Positions 37,913-51,481 of a stretch of 64,000 bases of DNA are shown here, piece after piece. Made by a program: the position numbers and the translations under genes. The notes below the pieces were generated by a model. It was given only the letters and a program-made list of their open reading frames with translations. It did not search any database and was not told the origin of the DNA. This DNA comes from Klebsormidium nitens (lineage: Eukaryota; Plantae; Klebsormidiophyceae), in NCBI GenBank assembly GCA_000708835.1, contig DF237317.1, positions 28,282 through 92,281 on the forward strand. Reading direction: 5' to 3'. Within the stretch, counting starts at the first letter, position 1, and each line of letters opens with the position of its first letter.

Positions 37913-40349
37913 ATGACATGGGTCATAGAACCTGGGGTTAAGACTGCGCTGGGAGTGATAGGTGAGGGGAGGAGCCCGCCTGGCCAATCAAGCACCGACG
38001 CGCGGGCCTTGATCACAAGTGGTCCTTTGACCGGTGCCTGTAGATCTGGGGTCCCTTCTTCAAGAAGGTCCAATCTGGCGGATAACCTTCAGCTTCCTGC
38101 GAAGCGTTGCCTTTCCAACCTTTTTGCGAAATGCCTGGCTTCTCTTACATCTATTCAAATTGAGGGGACAAGTTGTATTTGCACTCTTGCACCTGTGTTG
38201 CTATAGGGCGGGAGGCATGGCCTGCGCTCCGCCTATGTCCCACCTGATCCCCACCCCTGTGTGGCTGCAGGAAACATCACCGCTCTTGGCCTGTTCTTAG
38301 CCCCAGTGTAAGTCTGTTCGTTGAAAACCCTTTTCCTGTCGGCTTCCTTGTTGGCAGTGCCCATCACACGTTGCACACTCATTCGGGCCTTACGTCAAGA
38401 CATCCGTCAGACACGTTGCCCTGCGCTCTGACCCCGCTGCCCCCTTGCCTGCCTTGCAGCAAGACCTTTGTGCGCATCCTGCGCGTGCGCGGGGTGGAGG
38501 ACTTCTCGTGCCTCCCGTACCTGGTCACTTTCCTCAACTGTTCGCTGTGGACTTTCTATGGCCTCCCCGTCGTGACCCGCAGTGCCATCCTGGTGGCCAC
38601 CATCAACGCCGTTGGCACCGCTCTTGCCCTCTCCTACTGCCTCATCTACATCACGCATGCCCCGCCCCCGCAGCAGGTCAGCCACAGACAATGAGACAGA
38701 CATGCTGTGAGCTCCATGGGGTGTTTGTGCCTCCCATGCGCCCCTTGGGGACAATCATCACAATTTTGGAGTATCTGAGCCCCACCCATGTCAGACCGAT
38801 TTTTGTAGGCCGATCGATCCGACCTTGCCACGTACCCATCTTGTCTCAATGCAACCACCAAGCTACAGAACGAAGTACGTCAACTGGCCTTTCTGCTGCA
38901 CCTTGTGATTCCTTCTGACTTGGCGCCCGCAAATAAATGCAGCGGCGCACTGGGGCGCTGCTGGCGGCGGAGGGCCTGGGGCTGGCAGCGGTGGTGCTGA
39001 TTGTGCTGCTGGCGTTCCCATTCCACATGCGCACCACAGTGGTGGGCATCGTGGCGGTGGTGGTCACCATCGGCATGTACTGCGCACCCCTGGGCAAGTT
39101 GGTACGACCCTCAAAGCTCTAGCCTTTTCCTGTTCAAGCATTTGAGCTGGGCATGGGTAGTTCTTTCTGTTTTACCGTTCAAAATTTTCGGATTCTTTAT
39201 TTTGATACACCGTCATTAATCAAAGCCAGCCGCCCCTTTCTGCTGAAGCGACGGAGTCAGGCAGCTGACAAGAGCTGCCTCCGGGGATGGCTGTGGGATT
39301 CGTATGCGATGCGGCACCTGTTTACTGAGAGTCACATTCGTCGTTTGCCTTACCGAACGCCGAAGTATTTCGCAAACATCAGACTTACTTTGATTATAAT
39401 AGGTTTAGAGGCCTACCAGAAACATAAGCTGACCTTCAATAAATGCGGCAGCTGGGCAGGCCCTGGGACACGTAGGATTGGTTGGGTGAAATTGGGGGAA
39501 GCCTTGATAGCGTGTCTTCGAGTACCAAATCTACACGAGCATCCGGTGGTCCAATAGCCCGCAAAGCAGAAGCTGATGCTTGCTTTCCAGGTGGGTGTTC
39601 TGCTTGACTCCCCCCCTGCTCTGAGGCTGCCGTCCTGTCTTTGTGTGCAGCGGCAGGTGGTGCGTGATCGCAGTGTGGAGTACATGCCGTTCCTGCTCTC
39701 TCTCAACGTCCTCCTCAACGCCACTGCCTGGACTGTCTACGCAGTGTATGCTCACGACATTTACGTCCTGGTGAGTTGTGCCATCGGACAAGATATCCTT
39801 TGTTCATGCGAGCAGGACTGGGCGAAGTCGATTGGAAACCTGCTTCTAAATCGAGAGTTGGGCTCTCTTATCAGTTGGGCTTGAGCCGAACAGTGGTCGG
39901 AAAAAGCTCGCAAGCTTACCCATTTTCATCTTCAAACCTGAACGCCAAGCAAGAGCCCCGTCCGGCCCTTGTCCCCTGATTAGAAATTGAACCCTTTGTA
40001 GATCGTCGGAAACGTTGGTCCGTTGTGGGGCACATAGGGACCGATTTTTACGTGTAGGAAGCAATTTGAGCGGATCCAGATCGACTAGCTCCTCCCTGTT
40101 TTGCAGATCCCGAATGCGCTGGGGGTGTTGCTGGGCACAGCCCAATTAGTGCTGTATGCGTGGTACTGCAAAGAACGGCCCGCGCCAGTGGCTGACACTG
40201 AGAGCGGAAGGGGCGGGAGTAGCACGCGGGGTGGGGCTGCGCTGCACAAGAACCTGAGCGCCCGGCAGCTGCTGGGCAGGACACTGTCAACAGGAGAGAA
40301 AGGAGGGGGGGAAGAGATCGAAATAGGAAACGGATTGGACAGTAAGTAG
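37913..40349 (+). CDS. SWEET: SWEET (MtN3/saliva) sugar transporter, six exons
   Basis: MTWVIEPGVKTALGVIG | NITALGLFLAP | KTFVRILRVRGVEDFSCLPYLVTFLNCSLWTFYGLP...TINAVG | ...GMYCAPLGKL | RQVVRDRSVEYMPFLLSLNVLLNATAWTVYA | IPNALGVLLGTAQLVLY...DSK*. Two MtN3 repeats. Confidence 0.95.
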
Positions 40350-41682
40350 AAGGTACAAAAGCACGCGGTCAAGACAACATTTGTCATCACAAAAGGTACT
40401 ATATACAGGTTATACTTGTGTCGTTGGAAATCAACGGCCACCAGCCGAGTGGGCCACGTCCATAAGGGCAACCCAGCGAGCCTCAAGTGTTTGACAGAGA
40501 TCGAGCTACGGAACACGGACGACTGGAGCCTTGCTCTTGTCTGGTGGCCTTTGTGGCAGACAGGCAGAGATCGGAGCCAGATCTTGAGGTTTTCAAGCTT
40601 CGTATGGCATTGGTTTTGACTTGCTGATTCTGAATGTCAGGGTTATTCCTGTCATAATGGTTGTTAGACTGCTGAGGCCGGTGAGCAAAACTTTGAGCTT
40701 GGGGTGCGACACTGCTGAGCGATTGGAAAGCTGCGGCCATCTTCTGAAATAAGTGAGGCTTATTATTGCTGAACGTTACAAGTATGCATACCCAGGCATG
40801 TTAACGAGCTTCCTAAGATATTTGCGGACGCATCATCCGAGTCCCGTCTTAAGGCTAGGTCGGGAGGGTGGTGCATTGCTTTTCAGTGGCTTGGGTGCAA
40901 CACGACTAGCCACTGGCAAGTATCTTGGATTCCAATATTTGGCGGTGACTTTCATGTCATAAATGATATGCAGCCAGGAAAATGGGCGTGGGGTTAAGGT
41001 GGGCGATCAGCAGTTGCGGATCCCGACATGAATCCGGTACTTATAAGTATACATATACCAGAGCCGATTCAGTCACTCAAAGTGCGCCGGGCTGTCTAAT
41101 TATCTCAATGAAAGCTGCCGTTCGTGTAAGGAGAGCTCGAGGTGTCTATCTAAATATATACAGCTATACCATGCAAGCATTGATTTTTTAGGGCATCGAT
41201 TCACTGCATGCATGGTCATGCAGGCCATGGCATCGCATACTTGTGGATGAGCAGCAGTACCGTACATGCACCGGATGTCGCTCGACTGCTGCAGCAGCTA
41301 AACCGCCCACGCTCGAGCAGATCGCTCGGCTCACCATAAAGTTTGGCATCATGTCTCGCATGCGAGGCCGGCATGGATTGATTTTGGCAACGAAGGCCAT
41401 TCATGCAACATAAAATCCAACATCCAAACTAGTATAGATCCGCTATCATATATAAGCACGGCAATGAAGGGGCGCACTACGGCGATCAATCTTCACTTAG
41501 GCTCGAACATCACCTCCACAAGCAGAGTCGAGCTTACCAGGGACAAGATCGCATACTAGCTCTCTGAATGCTGACGTGCATGCCCGTTGGAACGACTGCC
41601 TCTTATAGCCACTTACAGGAACGACGGCCTGAATCAAATTCACTTTTGCTCATGCACTTTCGAAAGACTCGTCAATGGAGAT

Positions 41683-43299
41683 TTATGAATACGTGTCAGG
41701 TAGTCGGTAACCTGTCAAAGTCTTCTGTCCAGTATAAATCCTACCACTTTTCGGCATTGCGTTCCAGTACATGGTCAAGTTCAAATCTCGACCCCTCATA
41801 TTCCGCCCCTGAAAAGGTACAGTGGGCCATATGAATGTAGTATCGCCAGCCACTCCAGGATCTCGAAACTGACATCCCCATATCATGTGTCCGAAACACA
41901 TTTGAGCAGGCAAATACTCCGTTCCACAGAAGTATCTGGTGCAATCTCGCAAGCTGCCATTCAAAGCAATGTAACAGAAGGGAGACGCAAAGCCGAAGTC
42001 AAGACCTGTCTATCCTGCGGGCCGCATAGGCAGCTCACCTGATCCACCAGGCGATACTTGTTCTGCACCCGAGGCAGTGCAATGAGCGCATCCTCGCGTC
42101 GCTCGATGATCCGGTCCCACACTGATACCTGCGCCGCACCCGGGGTGGATTGAAAGAGAAGCACATTTTAACTTACACAGTGCTGTTTTACGATTGATGT
42201 CTGGGTTGTGATCACAACAAGCATCAGAACGACAGAGCCAACAGAGACTGACAACCAACAAGCGATTGCACTTGGGCCGAGTGAGATGCATCCAGCCTGT
42301 ACCCCTCAGGGCAGCCTGGTGTAGCGCCGCTGACCTGGTTCACGGCGTTCTCCGGGGTTGCATACTCGACAGCGAGAAAGACAAACAGCTGCACAGCAGA
42401 AGGTGCCAGTCAGTGGGCGGTTTGCTTGCCGTATAATGGAATCATAATGAGCATTTTGTGTAGGCTAGGCTTCTTGTGCATTAGGCCTAAGCTGACACTA
42501 GATGCAGGCTAACCGCGAGTTGGCTCTGACCTGCTTTGTGTTCCATGTGAAGACGCTCCGAAGATCTGCAGAGATGTTGAAGGCGAGAAAGGCCTGCACC
42601 CAGCATGAGGGCAGCCGTCAGCTGCCGGGGCCTGCCTCAGTTGGCCACCTGGGTCACACGCTCATCAACCATGGCAAAAGCAGTCAACAGGCAAAGCCAG
42701 TATTGCGCCATCGCGTGTGAGTCCTGTCGGGCTGCCGGCGGCCGGTGGCGGCGGTGCCAGCCAACCCGGCAGCGGCGCGGCCCACAGGTGTGGCGCTCAC
42801 CTCGTCATTGCCCGCCTGCGACACCTGGAACCTGTCGACCTGGACAATCTGCAAGGGGGCCGCAGTGAGGGTCACAGCCAGCAATGCTCTGGCTCCTAGC
42901 AGACTAAGCACTGGCTGAGGAGGTTTGACGTTGTGCAGTGTTTCAATGACTGCCATCTGGCGGCCACTAATCCACCCTCCACCAGCACACATCAAAAAAA
43001 CTTTCGTGCAAGAATGGCATCCAAGTGACCAAGGTGCACAGGCACAGAGCCAGGCAATGTCAGCGCAGACCGCTGTCCGACAGGAGGCACTCTGTGGCAT
43101 CCGCTGCAGTGCTAATGTACTTCAGCTCAAGGCAAGAGGCAGGAGAGAGCGCCAGCGCAAAAGTGGGGCTCACATCCACCGCCACCACCGCACTGTCGCG
43201 ATGGAAGTAGTCCGTGATGGAGGCGAGGATGCAGAGCACGACAAGCACCGATGCAACAAACGTAAGCAGCGAGTTGGTCCGGTACAAGAAAGTATGCAT
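41683..43299 (-). CDS. SPCS3: Signal peptidase complex subunit 3 (SPC22/23)
   Basis: MHTFLYRTNSLLTF...TDYFH | IVQVDRFQ..GNDE | AFLAFNISADLRSVFTWNTKQ | LFVFLAVEYATPENAVNQ | VSVWDRII...NKYRLVDQ | GRNMRGRDLNLTMYWNAMPKSG...YS*. Confidence 0.95.
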
Positions 43300-43904
43300 T
43301 GCGCCACCGGGTCGGGGACGCAGCGAAGACTGGAGAATGGAGCACAGCCCTGATCAAGTTGTGGAGGCAAATTGTCACAGATTATAAAGACTACCCATGT
43401 GAAGCCGCAAGGGCAACTGTTCAATCACAATTTGCAATCTAGCTCTCAAATGTCCCTTTGACTGTCTCACTGTCAGCTGCCAGTGCAAGTTGCAATGTCG
43501 GGCCTCGGAGTCCGCACCCAGTTTTCTTGAAGTCCGGCCAAATTGCTCTTCGAAGTTCAAGTGGACAAGCCCAGAGTTAGGGCAATCCCTCAACTTCCTG
43601 ACACCAGCTTGGCTGCATGAAGGTGGTGACGGGGAGTGTTGACCGCCGGTGTCAAAGCTATGGCCTTCTAAAAGAAGTAGGAATGCTGCCGTCCTCGCTT
43701 CCAACACTCGGAGTCGTAGGCAATTGTTGCAGCAGCATTGTCAGCAGCCAACAAAGCAGACACCTGCTCATGAATCACAAATGGATGCAGGCCGGCGTCA
43801 AAGCTGAAGTCCTGTTCCCCTCATTCATTGTTGCGCCCTAGCTCGTGATCCCAGGGTAGCGGCCGGCTGCGGCGTCTCGCCATCCTCCCGCTGTGTGTGC
43901 GAGC

Positions 43905-46900
43905 ATGCGGAAGGGCGGTGCGCGCTCCGGTGCGAAGGTGGCAGAAGCGGACGGGCCACAGTGCAATGGCTGCGGCAGCACGTTCAGCCTCTTCAACTGG
44001 AAGGTGAGGACCACTCCAGGGACAAGACCGGGCGTCACAGGATGCGGGGGCAGTGGAGACAGGTCCACAAGCAAAGTCTTGGCAAAGGCCTGTTGCCAGG
44101 GCTTAGAGTTGCCTGCTTCCACCTATGTCAGAAGGTGCACCAGCTTTGTTCAGACGTTCAATGTGGTCTTTGCATCGCTGACGAGCCCTTCGAGATGGTT
44201 TTCCATCTTGTCGTGTGTCTCAGATTCTTGTTCTGAACCTCCCCCCCCTCCTTCCTGTGGCGTTGCAGCACCACTGTCGCCGGTGCGGCAAGGCCTTTTG
44301 CGACGCCTGCTCCAAGGACCGCGCCGTGCTGTCTGCCCCCGAGTTTGGCAAGGAGCCGCAGCGCGTGTGTCACCCGTGCAAGGTGGCGGAGCGCCGCGCG
44401 CGCCTGGATGGTCACGGCAAGCGAGGTGACACAGCGGTACCCCATCTGTCACCTGCTATGACCCTCTTGGCTTGACGTCGGTGAGAATTGGCCAGAGCAA
44501 CGTGGACATATATGAGAATAGCATCGCACACTGCTTGCCTCCCCCAGCTTGGCACTGTCGGGTGACTGCCCCTTGAGTCATCTGGTGGCTGTGTGCAGGC
44601 AACCGGCGCGGTGCGGCGCCGGAGGACAGCGCCCCGGTGGTGGACCTGGGCCTGGGGGCGGACCCTCTGGGGGGGGACCAGCTGGGAGACTCCCTGACTG
44701 CGCTTGACCTGGAGGACCCCCTCGTAGCGGCCACGCTGGAGGACGCCTGGTTTGGAGGGGCGGCGGGGGCAGCAGCCGATGCCAGAAAAGCCAGGGGCAA
44801 ACCAGGTAAGGGGGGGCGCAGCAACGCGCAGGAGCGAGGGTTGAAGTGGCTCTCTTGGGGCAAGCTTTCAGGGTTTCGGAAGTGGAAAGACGGCTCTGAA
44901 GCTTGCAGCAAAGGTGAAGGTAGCCGCCCCCATCTCTGAGCTGTTTGAGTGGGCGGTGGCACTCTGTTCCGGCTGCTATGGCCTTCGTTGCCCATTGTAC
45001 CCATCACCCGCTCATGCACGGTCAAGGGCCTTTGTTAACCGGAGGTGGCTCCTCTTGATGTCCTCCCCTTGCGCAGTCTCCGCCGGCGCTGCGGGGCGCG
45101 GCAAGGCTGCTGGCGGCGCCGCTTCTCCCGGAGCCGTGCCTGCCGCGCGGGGCAGCCCCGAGGGGGCAGCAACGGACGCGGTGCAGGCGGAGAAGCGGCG
45201 CGCGCTGGCGCTGAGGAAAGCAGGGAAGCCGGACGAGGCACTGCAGGTGAGAGGGGCTCGTGGGTTGGCAGGGGAGAGAAGAAAGGCATGCCCGGCGACT
45301 TGCCTGGAGTCTACTGCCACCCCAAAAGTTGAATACGCTGTTTGTGACGCTCACGCCCTCTTCCCTGCGGGGCCGCTCTTTGTGAGGCAGTGAGATCGAT
45401 GGTTGTCCGCCCTCCTGAGCTTTTTTTGTTTTGGGGACAGGCCCTGCGCCACGCACACGACCTGGAGGCGCAGGCGGGCACTGGTGGGGCCAAGGGCAAA
45501 GCGGCTGGTGCCAAGAAGGGGCGCTCCATGTTTGACGTGAACGAGGACGACATGGCAGACCCGGACCTGCTGGCGCAGCTGCACGACCTCGGCTGGACCG
45601 ACGACACCGAAGCCAAGAAACCGCGCAAACGAGCAGCACCGCCTGCCGGGGGGCCCGGGGCGGAGACGGCTGCTGTCCCGACAAATTCGGCAGGGCCGAG
45701 CCCAGAGAAGCGGGCGGCCCTGGAAGCGGAGATTGTGGAGCACAAGAAGCGCGCGCTGCAGCTGAGGAAAGCGGGGCAGCTGGAGGCGTGGCGGGACGAG
45801 ATGGGCGTGGCGCAGGCACTGCAGGCTCAGCTGGAGCAGCAACAGCAACAGCAGGCGCCGCCCAGCGCAGCGGGGACACCGGGGGGCAGCGAGGCGCCGA
45901 GCGGGGCGAGCTCAGACGAGGAGGCGGACCCGGACGTCCAGGCAGCACTGCAGCAGCTGGGGTTTGACAGACAGCAACAGGGCGGGCCAGGCGGCGTAGC
46001 AGGAGCAAGCCAGAACAAGGGGCCCCCAGGGGTGGCGGAGCTCGAGGCGCAGATATTGCGGTATAAGAAGGAGGCGCTGGCGTGCAAGAGGGCGGGCGAC
46101 CTGGACGGGGCGCGGGCAGCCATGAAGCAGGCCAAGCAGCTCGAGGCACAGCGCGACGAGGCAGCGCTGAACGACAGCACGCCGGCGTCGGCGCCGGCCA
46201 CCCCCCCCCAGCCAAGGGCACCGCGGTCTGGCGGAGTGAGATCAGGGCGCACGGCTCCAAGAGGCAGGGACGGCGATGGAGAGGCGGAGCCGGAGGTGAC
46301 ATCAGAGGACGAGCAGGACCCGGAGATACTGGCGGCGCTGCGAGAGATGGTGCGACAGTCGTCCAGGATTCCCTGTTTATACTAACGATGCTGATTCAAA
46401 CCGATTTGGCTTTCGTGGTTTGAAAGCGGGCTGGCATGAAGCAGCATAGTGTTGTCGAGGCCCCTTATATCTTTTCTATCTACTTGTGCAGACCCTTCCT
46501 TGGGCGAATTTAAACCTGACGCTTGTTTGTAGGTCCCGAACGGGTGGTCATTGCGCTTGTGGGCCAAGGCATGCGGATGGGCTCCCCCTTGTGACGGCTG
46601 CTGTGGTCTGTTGCAGGGCTGGCAGGACGAGAGGCCCCCAACGGCTGCGGGGCTGCAGCGCCCGGCGTCGGTGCGGCGGGCGGAGGAGGGGCTGGGCGCA
46701 CTGGTGGGCGTGGTGGAGGACATTGCGGCGCAGAAGGCGCGCCTGGAGCAGGAGGTGGCGGCGCACAAGCGGGCCGCGCTGGCCAAGAAGCGGGCGGGGG
46801 ACCTGGAGGGGGCCAAAGCCGAGCTGCGGCAAGCCAAGTGAGACAGCCCACCAGGACGCGGTTTCTTGAAAAAGCGCTGTGCGCTCGTGTCTGGCGACTC

Positions 46901-49900
46901 TGATCGTCTTGCACTGGTCTGTCCCCGGCTTTGCGTCTTCTGCCGTTGAGCACTGGGGCAGACCTGCGTGTGCCAGTTTGTGCCCGGCTGCATCCTCGTG
47001 CAATGCAATCTGCTCCATATGCGGGCACTCGGCCTAGACGCATCTCCCGCCTGGTGCGCTCACCGCTGCCCCGCCCTGCCCCTCCCCAGGCTGATTGAGC
47101 GCCGGCTGGAGGAGGCGGAGGAGGCGGAGGCCGCGGGGCTGGAGCCGCTGGACATGCTGATGCGCGCGGGGCACAGCCACACCACCGCCAGCACGGGGCC
47201 GAGCTCAGGCGCGCGGCAGGAGAGCAAGCCGCTGGCGGCCATCATGGCGGAGGCGATGCACAGCGACAACGTGGCGGAGCCGGACGTGGACTCGGACGAT
47301 GAGAACGACCCCGAGATCCTGGCACAGCTCGCGCACATGGGCTGGCACGAGGACGCGCCCGGAAGGGACGTGGCGGTCGCACCGAGGGTGGCGGCAGCGG
47401 AGAGGCTGGAGGGGCTGGCGGGGCGCGCAGGAGAGGTGGCGGCGCGCAAGGTGGCGCTGCAGCAGCAGGCACTGGCGCTCAAGCGGCAGGCGCTTGCGCT
47501 GAAGCGCGAAGGCGACGTGGAGGGGGCCAAGGCCGCGCTGGGGCGCGCCAAAGAACTAGAGCGGCAGCTGGAGCGGGGCGAGGAGCAGGAGGCAGCCGGG
47601 GCGCCAGGCCGGGCGCGGCTGCAGGCCCTGGGGAAACGGGGCACGGCGGAGGGGGCGGCTGCCGGAAGGGGCCCCGTGGATATGGCGCACGTAGCCCAGC
47701 TGCTGGAGGGGGGAGAGCCCGAGGTGGCGGTCACTGAGGACGACGAGCAGGACCCGGAGATCCTGGCGGCACTGCAGGTGAGCAGCGCAGCGGCGGGGTG
47801 GGGGCTCCGCAGCATCGTATGACCTACATCCCTCGAGCTTGAGGAAGCGAAAGTAGGTCAGCAACGAGGACAGATTGGTACACTCACGTCAGACTAGGTG
47901 TCAGTGGCGGCTCTAGCCCGAATCCTCGAATAGAGACAGACTACCCATTGAAAGCATCAAAAGCGGGGTCCGTCTGCCTCAGCAGATGCAGCGGTGTGAT
48001 CCCTTCGCTGCCGATGCTTACGCCGCACCCCCGTCGTGTTTCATGCTGAGGTGCGAGTAATGTGGGTGCCTGGAGCGAGGCGGGGTTACGCACTTTATTG
48101 GGAATAATGATTTTGAACAAGATTAGTGCGCATCAATTTGCAACGAGGTTTCTCCATACGAGGATTTCTGACCTGCGAGATGCATGCGCACGGAAATTCC
48201 GGCAGTGCATGCAGACCTCACGTTGCCGACCCTGCTCCAGGAGATGGGGTGGCAGGAAGAGCCGCCCGCACGTGCTGCCCCGGCTGCTCCCCCCGCCGCC
48301 CCGGCGCCGGCGGTGGCCAGCCCGCAGGAGTTGCTGCAGCAGGCGGGGGCCCTCAAGCGGCACGCGCTGGGCCTGCGCAAGGCAGGCCAGATGNNNNNNN
48401 NNNNNNNNNNNNNNNNNNNNNNNNNNNNNNNNNNNNNNNNNNNNNNNNNNNNNNNNNNNNNNNNNNNNNNNNNNNNNNNNNNNNNNNNNNNNNNNNNNNN
48501 NNNNNNNNNNNNNNNNNNNNNNNNNNNNNNNNNNNNNNNNNNNNNNNNNNNNNNNNNNNNNNNNNNNNNNNNNNNNNNNNNNNNNNNNNNNNNNNNNNNN
48601 NNNNNNNNNNNNNNNNNNNNNNNNNNNNNNNNNNNNNNNNNNNNNNNNNNNNNNNNNNNNNNNNNNNNNNNNNNNNNNNNNNNNNNNNNNNNNNNNNNNN
48701 NNNNNNNNNNNNNNNNNNNNNNNNNNNNNNNNNNNNNNNNNNNNNNNNNNNNNNNNNNNNNNNNNNNNNGTGGCGCGCGGCGCTGCAGCAGGCACACGCA
48801 CTCGAGGAGCAGGCACAGCACGCGCCCGCCCCGGCCGCCGCGGCCACCACAGCGGATCTCACCGGAGGGCATACGGGCCCACCTGCGAGCAGCCGAAGAG
48901 ACGAGGGCGGCCTGGCTGGGCCCCCGGCCCGGCCCAGCGTTGGACTGCCCCACCCCGCGGCACACATTTTCTCACAGCCGGTGCGACCGCCGGCCAACGT
49001 AGCCCCGGAGCTTACGCCCGTCAGTGCCGGCCCGCTGCCAGCCGACCTCTTCTCGAGCATGCAGGAGCCTGCCTTCGGGACGGCAGGGAGGACGCCCCAG
49101 GCTGCAGCCGCGACCACGTCAGGCCAGGGGGCGAGGGCGGAGGCAACTGGAGACGACAGCAGCACGGCCAATGACGCCGGGAGACGGTTCTTCCCGGAGA
49201 GCCGCAGAGAGCCGCTGCGAGCAGGGGCAGCGGCGGTGTCGCAGGAGGGGACGGGGCGGGGGCCTCCCTCAGACAGCAGTGCACCAGCAGTGCAGCGAGA
49301 CCCAGGGCGAGCGGTGGGCACCAGCGCAGGCAGGCCAGGGCTGGGCAGCCCACAGGGCGGCGCACCCAGTGATCCGCCCACCCCGCAGCCAGACCGCCGG
49401 CGCTCCGACGGTGACGAAGCTTTCAGCGCCCCGCCCCATTATTGGCCTGAGAGCAGCCCCGAAGCAGCGCCAGCCGCCCCTTCACCGAAGGCAGAGAGCG
49501 CCCGGCCCCCTGCGACGGCAGCGTCCGGCGGAGTGGGCGTGAGCGAGCTCCAGGAGCAGATTCGCGCGGGCAAGCAGGCGGCGGTGCGGCTGAAGCGGGA
49601 GGGCCGCCTGCCGGAGGCGCGCGCCGCCCTGCAGCAGGCACGCGAGCAAGAGAGGCAGCTGGCCGCGCGCGGGGCGGCCGCAGAGGCAGCGGCGGCAGAG
49701 GGGGGCTCCGTGGGGGAGGACGAGAGCGAGGGGCCAGTGGAAGACGCGTTCGACCCGGACATCGTGGCCGCGCTCAAGGGCCTCGGGTGGAGCGAGCAGC
49801 AGATCCGGGGGGGGATGGGGGCCGGGCCGGGCAGTGGCGCGGGCAAGCCGGCCAAGGTTGCGGCACCGCGAGGGGAGGGGGGCCAGCTGGAGGACCGGAT

Positions 49901-50006
49901 CCGAAGTGAGAAGCGGCGGGCAGTGGAGCTGAAGCGGGCGGGGCGGCAGCAGGAGGCGCTGGCGGTGCTGAGAGAGGTGAAGCAGCTCGAGAAACAACTC
50001 GGGTAG
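43905..50006 (+). CDS. N-terminal FYVE-domain protein with about eight DM14-like helical repeats (plant FYVE4-like candidate)
   Basis: FYVE signature [14 protein letters not shown]|[15 protein letters not shown]...RVCHPC, followed by repeated K(R/K)xAxxL(K/R)xxGxxxxAxxxLxxAKxLE units and D-P-E-I-L-A-x-L-x-x-x-G-W motifs. Ends [10 protein letters not shown] at 50006. Interrupted by an N gap. Confidence 0.85.
48394..48769. other. Assembly gap (376 N) inside the FYVE gene
   Basis: The N run splits one repeat: ...LRKAGQM before and [14 protein letters not shown] after, compared with [18 protein letters not shown] in another repeat. Little coding sequence may be missing. Confidence 0.9.
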
Positions 50007-51481
50007 CACCGCGGTGGCGGAGAGGAAAACAGGGTAACATTACTCTTTCTATCTTCGATGCTTCACTCAGGGGTTCGACTGAGCGGTTTGGGACATGAGG
50101 ATGGCATGGTCCTCTGAGTGAGCCGAATTGCAGCCTACGGCTCATGCGAAGCTCATCCGCTGACGAGCTCAAACCTGCGCGTTGAGAAAATGATTCGGGA
50201 GAAGTTGTGCTTTCTTGACAGCGGGCCGGGACGAAAAGCCAAAGTATTGTATGTACAGATTGTGGGAGGCGAACCTAAGCATCCGCTCCAACAGGTGAAC
50301 TGCGATATACGAACTTTTATATTATTGTTACACTCTTAGTCTGCAAAGCACGATGTAAACAGTGGAGTCGACAATCATTCTTCGACGCCACACGTTTCCC
50401 ATGTGAGCTTCAGACAGGAACTAATTGTCAGTGCCACTTTCCAATATCGTTGCCACACGCGGCAGAACTTGCCTACATTAGGCGGCCGCCCCGCTTCAGG
50501 CTTTCATCTACGATCAAAACGTTCTTGTCATGCAGAATTAAGCACATGCACCGGTTCAAACCGATACGCTTAAGTTATACATGCACTGCAAGCGGTGAGT
50601 TTTACCCACATGGCTTTTAGGCACATGGTCGACGCGAAATCGCTAACAATACTCAGCTAATTCATAAGGACAGTCATCGAATCATATCAGTCAGACTGCA
50701 TGCAATAAGTTCATGCGCGCGCATACTACATTGCTCAAGATGACCCGCGGCGACCGCATGTCCACATGGGAACTCCGTCGAAATGATATACTGATACAGT
50801 ACAAAGGGGATACATGCCTAGAACCATGCATTTATATTGGATCGTCTCACGCCGGGTCGCCAGAGGTTGCTGTCAGCGCGGGTGGATCGCTAGCGACTTG
50901 ATAATTGTCGTTGTTGCCCACAGACTACGTTTCATGGACCGCTGCTATGCGTGCAGCCAGCATCCGTGCCAAAGTGTCTCATTATGCAGTCACTGCCCAT
51001 AATCACTGCAAGTATTCATGGGTGCATCACAACCGTCCAGCTATGCCCTACAGTAGTATATCGGACTCTTTTACATACGTAAGGTGCAGTCAACACCAAT
51101 CTGCACCAGAACCCTCGGCACTTTAGCGGACTGTCTTTGGAATGTTGACAAGAATTGGTAGAGTAAAGTTAATTTAAATCATTATGGCAGCTCTGCCGGT
51201 GGGCATTCTCGAACATTGTTGTTCTTGGAACGTGGCAACGTGAAAGACAGCCACCGTAAAGATAGAAACACGGCCACAGAATACTACCGGCTGCAAGCAA
51301 AGGTAAAACCATTGGCAACAGGGCTAAGCCTCAAATTTTCTCTGGTGCACACTGGATCCGAGAGAGGGGTTCGCAGCTCGAGACTCTGAAACTTGTAATG
51401 CAGGCCGTGTTTATCCCCTTACATTTTAGACTCGATGAAAGCGTGCTCTACTCTTCCTTCCCTAACATCCTGCCTATCTGA

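Noticed and set aside
45022-49855. Long antisense and off-frame ORFs (e.g. 45022-46302, 47060-47815, 48353-49381)
   Set aside because: Pro/Ala/Arg-rich shadows of the GC-rich FYVE exons, with no independent motifs.
45180-50006. Recurring repeats as a CRISPR-like or satellite array
   Set aside because: They are protein-level repeats with synonymous divergence and irregular spacing inside a eukaryotic spliced gene.
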